A stretch of 64,000 nt of DNA from Haliotis rubra (taxonomy: Eukaryota). The stretch is taken from NCBI RefSeq assembly GCF_003918875.1, contig NW_025767083.1, positions 930,001 to 994,000 on the forward strand. The letters are read 5' to 3'. Each line of letters opens with the position of its first letter. The first letter of the stretch is position 1. Position numbers and translations under genes: made by a program. Positions 43,875-64,000 of this stretch are shown here, piece by piece. The notes beneath the pieces are model-generated. The model was given only the letters and a program-made list of their open reading frames with translations, made no database searches and was not told the DNA's origin.

Positions 43875-44093
43875 TGAAATACACAATGCCATTTTAGAAG
43901 GGATTACACTTTTTCAGTAAAGTACAGATTCTAGTACTTTTGGGGGGGTTGAGTCCCATCCGGGATTCGAACCCACACCCTCAGAGTCAGGCACCTAATC
44001 GACAGCACACAAAGTCAGATGCCTAAACTCAACCCCCTAAAAGTACTAGAATCTGTACTTTACTGAGAAAGTGTAATCCCAAATATAACATAT
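43875..44093. mobile_element. Family T inverted tRNA-headed element, nested in a family 2 SINE (43795-44195)
   Basis: 14-bp TSD gttgactcatgttg (43861-43874, 44094-44107). Confidence 0.8.
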
Positions 44094-44367
44094 GTTGACT
44101 CATGTTGTTGATCTCTGGATTGTCTGGTCCAGGCTCGATTATTGCCATAAAACTGGAATATTGCTGAGTGCGGCGTAAAACAACTAACAAACAAACAGAT
44201 ACAAGACATAAAGCAAACATAACTCGCAGGTACAATAGCAATGTTTACCAGAATCTATGAAATAAGCTTTTCATGTGATCTTTCATGCCTTTACGTCATT
44301 ATTTTTTCAAATTTATACCGATCGACGTTAACTTAACAACAGTACATGGACAATTCAATGAATATTT

Positions 44368-44373
44368 TTTATT
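44368..44373 (-). terminator. Polyadenylation signal AATAAA of gene D
   Basis: About 15 nt downstream of the TAA. Confidence 0.55.
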
Positions 44374-44388
44374 CAAAGAATAATATTT

Positions 44389-51364
<6,976 letters not shown>

Positions 51365-51694
51365 GATGTCTGATAAGAGCAGAAAATACCAATAGTATCT
51401 AGATAAATTGCAATGATATTACAACAAGACCGACAAAGTCTTCTTCCGTTAAGCGATAAAAGAGGCCATGGAACGATTCATATTCATAAACCCTTGTTTA
51501 TGTGTCAATATGTTAAAAACATTTATACCAGGCCTTCGCCGAAAGGGGAACAGACAAATTCTTGGCAAAGGCAAGGTTATTGCTTAAATGAACAACCACA
51601 GACGCATGTCCATGTAGTTGAGAATCGATCTACCAAGTCAGAGGGCCTGACGACCACCTTGAACCGCTAAATGTTTAGTCGTCTCTTACGACCA

Positions 51695-51803
51695 GGGTCC
51701 CGTTCCTCAAAGCAATCGTAGCGCTAAGTTGATCGTAACTCCTATACTTTAACATAGACTTACGATAGTCGTAGCGCTACAATTGCTTTCAGGAACGGGG
51801 CCC
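51695..51803. mobile_element. PIF/Harbinger-like MITE nested in a family 2 SINE remnant
   Basis: gggtcccgttcctcaaagcaat ... attgctttcaggaacggggccc. Confidence 0.65.
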
Positions 51804-52689
51804 AGTGTAGTTTGCTGAAGACCAGGTGTAACCCGGATCTTCACAAGGTTCGTGTTCAGTTGGTAGTGGACTTTGTAACATATGTAACACCAACTTAAGA
51901 ACCCATATTAATAGAGATATGAGCCACTCTGCGCTCTACGTGGAAGGAATGTTCCACAACTAAATGAATGTTAGGAAAACACATGATTCACTCTCACGAA
52001 ACGCTTGATAACGCATGCTGTCATCACCAGGATTTTCCTTTGCGAATTTGAAACAGTGTGAGCGAGTGAATATAGCAAATATGCCAGCAATCTCACAGCG
52101 GGGAATGTTTGAAACAGATCATAGAGTAATTATCAGTAAGAAAACATATCGTACAGAGTAAAACAACCTTCCGCTTAACTCGCTCATCACAAACATGCAG
52201 TGATTTAACTTCTTGGAAAGCCTTTGCTATATAATCTGCAGTCTGTATCAATGTACATCCAAAATAGGTCTATCCTATAAAGCAATGGCGTGATATGATG
52301 TTAGAATATGTTGCACACGTTTTAATTTTTTCTGCGATTTAAAATCAACGCTCACACATTTCTTCATTGTCAAGTTGACCCACATCTCAGCCTTATCTCC
52401 ATAGACGGGTGGCCTTGAAGGGTAACGTGGATGTTAATCCTGAATGGTCATGTCAATCACATGCAGGTAAGATTATCACTTGTTGTTTGTCGACAAGCAA
52501 ACAAATCCATTAAAATGGCTGCTCGTTTTACAAACGTACAACGATCAATAAACCAATTCTACTTCACAAATATGAAAATGTATATAGATATATTCTTGAA
52601 ATATCTTCAGGAATGTATAATTTAGACATCAGGATAAAGTAACGAAAACCTGGCTGTTTGAACGACGTACAATACATACGTAGGCTTAC

Positions 52690-52850
52690 CTCTTGACTCC
52701 TTGACTGTGGTAAGGCTACAAAAGACACTGTAGTCGTCCAGCCTCGCCTAAAATAGTTACCTATCACCCGTCTTATCTTGCAACCTACTTTACATACACC
52801 AATAGTAATGATACACGCACTTAAAATAGAAACCTTTAAACGTATTATAC
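52690..52850 (-). promoter_or_regulatory. Putative non-coding exon 1 and promoter of gene D
   Basis: Donor GAG|GTAAGC at 52689; TATTTTA; AGATAAG; conserved with gene C 36719-36895. Confidence 0.7.
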
Positions 52851-54184
52851 TGAGACAAAATATAGTCATTAAGCGTCTTCAAAATGAAAACTGCGGCAAA
52901 GTTGTTGCATGTGAACCTGTGGATGAGTAAGAAATCAGGTGAAATAAAGAAACCTTTGTCACAGAGAATAGTTGAATTGGGGACTACCTTCGGCTGCTTG
53001 ATTCCTGAGAGTTTCTTTGAAGCATGAAGCACATGTGTCTACTTTAACAAGTGAACGGGTACCCGGTATAATGAGATACGTTCACTTTCTAGCGCCGAAA
53101 CATTAGGCTGGGTCGTATACTCCCCAAGGAGCTGAGAACGACAATTTGCTATGGAGGATAACAATATACTGGATCTCCTACATCTTCCATGAAAACACTT
53201 GAAGGTCGTGAATGTTTTAACCTTGACCCAACACATTTTCATCTAGAGAGTAGACGTCTATGATATCTTCGTAGACAGAGAATGTTTGATTGAACCTAAA
53301 ACATATTATAAAATGTGGACACAAAAGATTGGCGCTAAGGGAACATCGTCCACTAGAAAAACAACACGAGAATTGACATCAGCGTGAAGCTCATATCTGA
53401 ACCCGCGATCAAATGGTTGTGACACGCCTAAGGGAGGTACGTTTGTATACAGCCATTTCCGAACCCCAGGCCATTTGTTCATCCGCTCCTCAGGTCGAAC
53501 AGTCGATTGTTTACCAAAAATACCATATATGTGCATACTTGAGACAGTCCATTTCTCCTCAAGGAATTCCGTATTCACGGGTAAATCAGTGGATTTACAA
53601 CTGGCTGTTTGACTATTATTGGACTATATCGGACAGAGAATCGTCATTTCAATCTCGTGTGGTGTTTCATGAACCCAGCGTTGTTCCTGCGACGGTGGCC
53701 CTTTACCCAATCATGTTTGGTCAATTCAATCCTGTGAAAGCAAATCGAAGCCCGATAAGTCAGTGACAATATAGCGCTTTTGCTGATTTTGCTGTAACTA
53801 AAACAATAAGTTAAATTTCAGTGATACTACAACAAATTAATGATCACCTGATAATTTCTTGTTATTGAAGTTAATCCCTCGTGCCATGACAGATTAACCG
53901 GTATGGAAAGATCAGATTTTTCTTAATAGGATACTTCTACCAGCGATCTGATGGGACATGTTTAATGTATAGCCAGTCAGATCGCTGCCTCTTGTCAGTG
54001 CTGGGCAGGTCAAGGCCAAGGTGATGTGACAATGCACGGGCAATACACAGGCCTGCTAGCGATGAATAAATGGGTGTAAATTCTTTATGGCACTTAGGTG
54101 TATGTGTCCCCGAAAGAATGGAGATTAGTGCGCTGACAGGTGCCATCAATTCAGCATGTTTTGGGGCGTATCGTTAGTGTATAG

Positions 54185-54291
54185 CTATGACTCTGAGGGT
54201 GTGGGTTCGAATCCCGGATGGGACGCAACCCAAAAAGTACTAGAATTTGTACTTTACTAAGAAACTGTAATCCCAAATATAACATAAGTTA
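54185..54291 (+). mobile_element. Family T element, single 5'-truncated arm
   Basis: ggttcgaatcccgg B-box; 11-bp TSD ttagtgtatag (54174-54184, 54292-54302). Confidence 0.75.
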
Positions 54292-54860
54292 TTAGTGTAT
54301 AGGATGAAATAACGATGTTTCGAGCTTCCGAAGACCCTAGCTCCCAAAGTACGTCTTCGATTTTTGTGATCTATATCTCATTTTGTTGGTGACTCGGTTG
54401 CCTTGAAACGCATACAGGTTTTAAGTGGATATATACACTGAGCATTGTTGAATTCACCCTGAAACGAACTTATTATATTGGCCTCGTTACACCCATTTCC
54501 TTTTATATACCGTTAAGACCCCGTCAGTAGAAGTTTATACCTTGATGCCAGATTTCTTGCGTTACAATCCTGTGTGTAAATGAGTTGATTTTCGCAAGTA
54601 CGCAGTTCAAATTAGTGTCATGTTACAAGTCATTGAGGTCAGATTGTGTTTGTAAAATACAACGTTATTTGATCTTGTTTCTTTAATTTGTTGACATACG
54701 TCTTTGAAGTTAAAGATTATTTAGGTAAAGAGATAACAACTGACAACGCAGACAGACAGTCACGAGAAACGCTGAGCCAGGTAGGACCCATATGCTTGTC
54801 ATGAAACAACTATCCGTGTTATGAAACAGGACAATAATTTTTTAACCGTTATACTTATAC

Positions 54861-55467
54861 GAAAGTGGAACATTTTTATGGATAGACAACTTCTTTGTTG
54901 CAGTAGATATCCACTAGTTGCGACGTTTCGGAAGATCATTTGCTTGATAACGGTGTTAGGATCTGCATGAAGATCATTTGCTTCATAACGGTGTTAGGAT
55001 CTACATGAAGATCATTTGCTTCATAACGGTGTTAGGATCTACATGATGATCATTTGCTTGATAACGGTGTTAGAATCTACATGTAAGATCATTTGCTTGA
55101 TAACGGTGTTAGGATCTACATGATGATCATTTGCATGATAAAGATCATTTCATTTGCTTGATAACGGTGTTAGGATCTACATGATGATCATTTGCTTGAT
55201 AACGGTGTTAGGATCTACATGATGATCATTTGCTTGATAACGGTGTTAGGATCTACATGATGATCATTTGCTTGATAACGGTGTTAGGATCTACATGATG
55301 ATCATTTGCTTGATAACGGTGTTAGGATCTACACCGAAATCGTCGGTGTTAGGATCTACATGAAGATCATTTGCAATCTACTACTGCAAACGGTGTTAAG
55401 AAGTTGTCTATCCATAAAGTGTGTTTCACTTCATCATACCAGCTTCTAAATGCCACTTAAGGAAGAA
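54861..55467. mobile_element. Penelope-like inverted element containing a 38-bp minisatellite (~11 units)
   Basis: Inverted arms ttatggatagacaacttct / agaagttgtctatccataa; unit atcatttgcttgataacggtgttaggatctacatgatg; 10-bp flanking repeat atacttatac (54851-54860, 55468-55477). Confidence 0.7.
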
Positions 55468-55627
55468 ATACTTATACTACATATGAAAAATAATGACATT
55501 TTCTGAATATACGAACCTGTCAGAGGTGGAATAAAATTTGTATCACCACTATGATGTGAAGCAGCTATATGTCACATGTGTCACAGTATATGGTTACATG
55601 CAGGTCATCAGAACATTCAACTCCACT

Positions 55628-62286
<6,659 letters not shown>

Positions 62287-62316
62287 AGTTACAGAGTTCG
62301 GATCATTACTGGATAA

Positions 62317-62322
62317 AATAAA
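62317..62322 (+). terminator. Polyadenylation signal AATAAA of gene E
   Basis: 30 nt after the TAG. Confidence 0.65.
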
Positions 62323-63847
62323 CAGAGACATCTACTGCGTTTTCATATTGTTTTCACTTGAATCTAGTGACTGAAATCACGAGCATCGTTGGTAAAATTT
62401 TCGGACACTAATCAAAGAACGATGTGTACACTGCATGTGGTTATCGGAACACTTAGCTAAGATGATCTGAACCCACCAATTTGTAATGGGTTTGAACAGA
62501 CTGACAAACCAGCGTAAAACGCTTACGTACCTTTGCTATTTAGCCTTTCTGATTGTAAAGGAGAACAAATCAACCATGAATTTGTGTTCATATTGGCATT
62601 GATGAACAGATATGTGACAAATCAGTCATTTATTACACAGGCGTGGGTTGTTTCCTCATGAAATCGGTTGATATGGTGTTTATCAGTCGACAAGTTATTG
62701 TATTTGCTGTCCGTTTTAACTTACTTATCCAAGGCAAGAAATTCTATTCAGGAGTTTCCAGCCAAACGAGAATATACAAGGAAGAGAGTTTTTATGGATG
62801 TCAACTTCTTATTATGATGAACACAACGTTTCGGAATCGAACCAGGGTCTTGGGCGTTCTGACCGGACAAACAAACAGACAGATCCCTTTACATACAAAT
62901 AAATGAAAGCCACGAAATCGGAATACATGGATCGTTTATTCAGAATGCATTTTGTTTTTCCCCATGGAAAGAAGAAATCGTTAAAGGGTCCACAGACAAA
63001 CCATGGAGCTTGTTTCCCCCAGAATGTACAGAATGTGTTCAGTCATCTCAAGAAACCAAAGGTTAGGTGGCAGAGTAATTCATTGTAAACAGTGTTTTCA
63101 CTGTATCACAAGGAAGACTCAGTTTGAGGGATGTTGGGTGCATGTTACTCTATTTAGACTGGGAGCACACTCGTGACTATCACCTGACATTACGACATTA
63201 CATGGAGAGCAGCACTATGTCTGTGAAGCTGAAGTATCTGTTCACCCTGCATCCCAGCCAAGCTCTCTAGGAAACTTTACCACTGTTGTTCCGAGATGGA
63301 TGATAGCATCACTCTCTCTATTGCTATAATCACTGCCTTTTTATTGGATTGCTCCTGGATTCATACTGCCAGTATATCTTGAACTGTACATTGTAATTCC
63401 TTAGCAGTAATACATACTGGTTTGTAAACTTAGTTGACATTAGATTACATTTGGTAATTGTACAAACTTTCTTTGTTATTTTATTGTTTAAATGGTTTGA
63501 CTGGTTTCTTTGTTATTGCATGAACTGACTGGTTTCTGGTTAAAGTATTGTTTTAACTTGGAATTTGACACACAACATTCTGAAACCTCCCATGCTACTT
63601 CCATCCCATTTGTAACCTGATTGTAAGAAACCGATATACCACATACACTGACCCATTGTTTTCAAAAGGTAATTACATTTTAGTATTACATTAAGTTTGG
63701 CAATATCTTCCAATTAGGATTTGATTTGACCATTGTTCCTTGACTAGGTTCCCAATTCTGTCATTATTCACAACATCACGACGTCATAATAGTGAAGTGT
63801 ACTTACAAGCTAAACGATGCACACGTTGCTTCATATTCTTTCACAGG

Positions 63848-64000
63848 GAGTGAGTGAGTATGTTTTTACGACGCTTTCAGCCATAGTCAAGCAATAGAAC
63901 TCCAGGGAACTCCAAGAGGATGGGCTTCACACCATGTGGGGAAAGGGGCGCGGGTTTTCCACGTGACGAGAAAATGTTTTAACCACTAGGCTACCCCTAG
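63848..64000 (-). mobile_element. SINE family 1 copy (decayed)
   Basis: ttaaccactaggctacccc head and gagtgagt tail. Confidence 0.7.

Overview
Eukaryotic, AT-rich, intron-containing animal DNA, most likely a gastropod mollusc such as abalone (inferred from the GH9/CBM2 architecture and the SINE types). It holds a tandem cluster of five endogenous glycoside hydrolase family 9 (GH9) endo-beta-1,4-glucanase (cellulase) genes. Four lie on the minus strand: A (partial, runs off the left end), B (596 aa), C (463 aa) and D (578 aa). The divergent E (725 aa) lies on the plus strand, head-to-head with D. I rebuilt every exon by hand from splice sites and phases. All four complete genes are in frame and keep the DAGD and NEVACDYN catalytic motifs. 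The paralogs form a graded series: no CBM (C), one CBM2-like module with a long linker (A, B) or short linker (D), and two CBMs (E). Highlights: (1) the second CBM of E has the CBM2b xylan-type W-x-x-R signature; (2) gene C arose by an in-frame exon-to-exon fusion deleting the CBM; (3) splice-donor sites have been tandemly amplified three separate times (D intron 3, two introns of E); (4) patchwork gene conversion among B, C and D; (5) a SINE 3'-transduction within gene C; (6) Penelope-type inverted elements with hammerhead-like motifs, including a U3-A8 covariant, plus a tRNA-headed family sharing their tail. The rest is SINEs, Tc1/mariner relics, MITEs, LINE and Gypsy fragments and minisatellites. 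Most ORFs in the supplied track are spurious or exon-plus-intron read-throughs.
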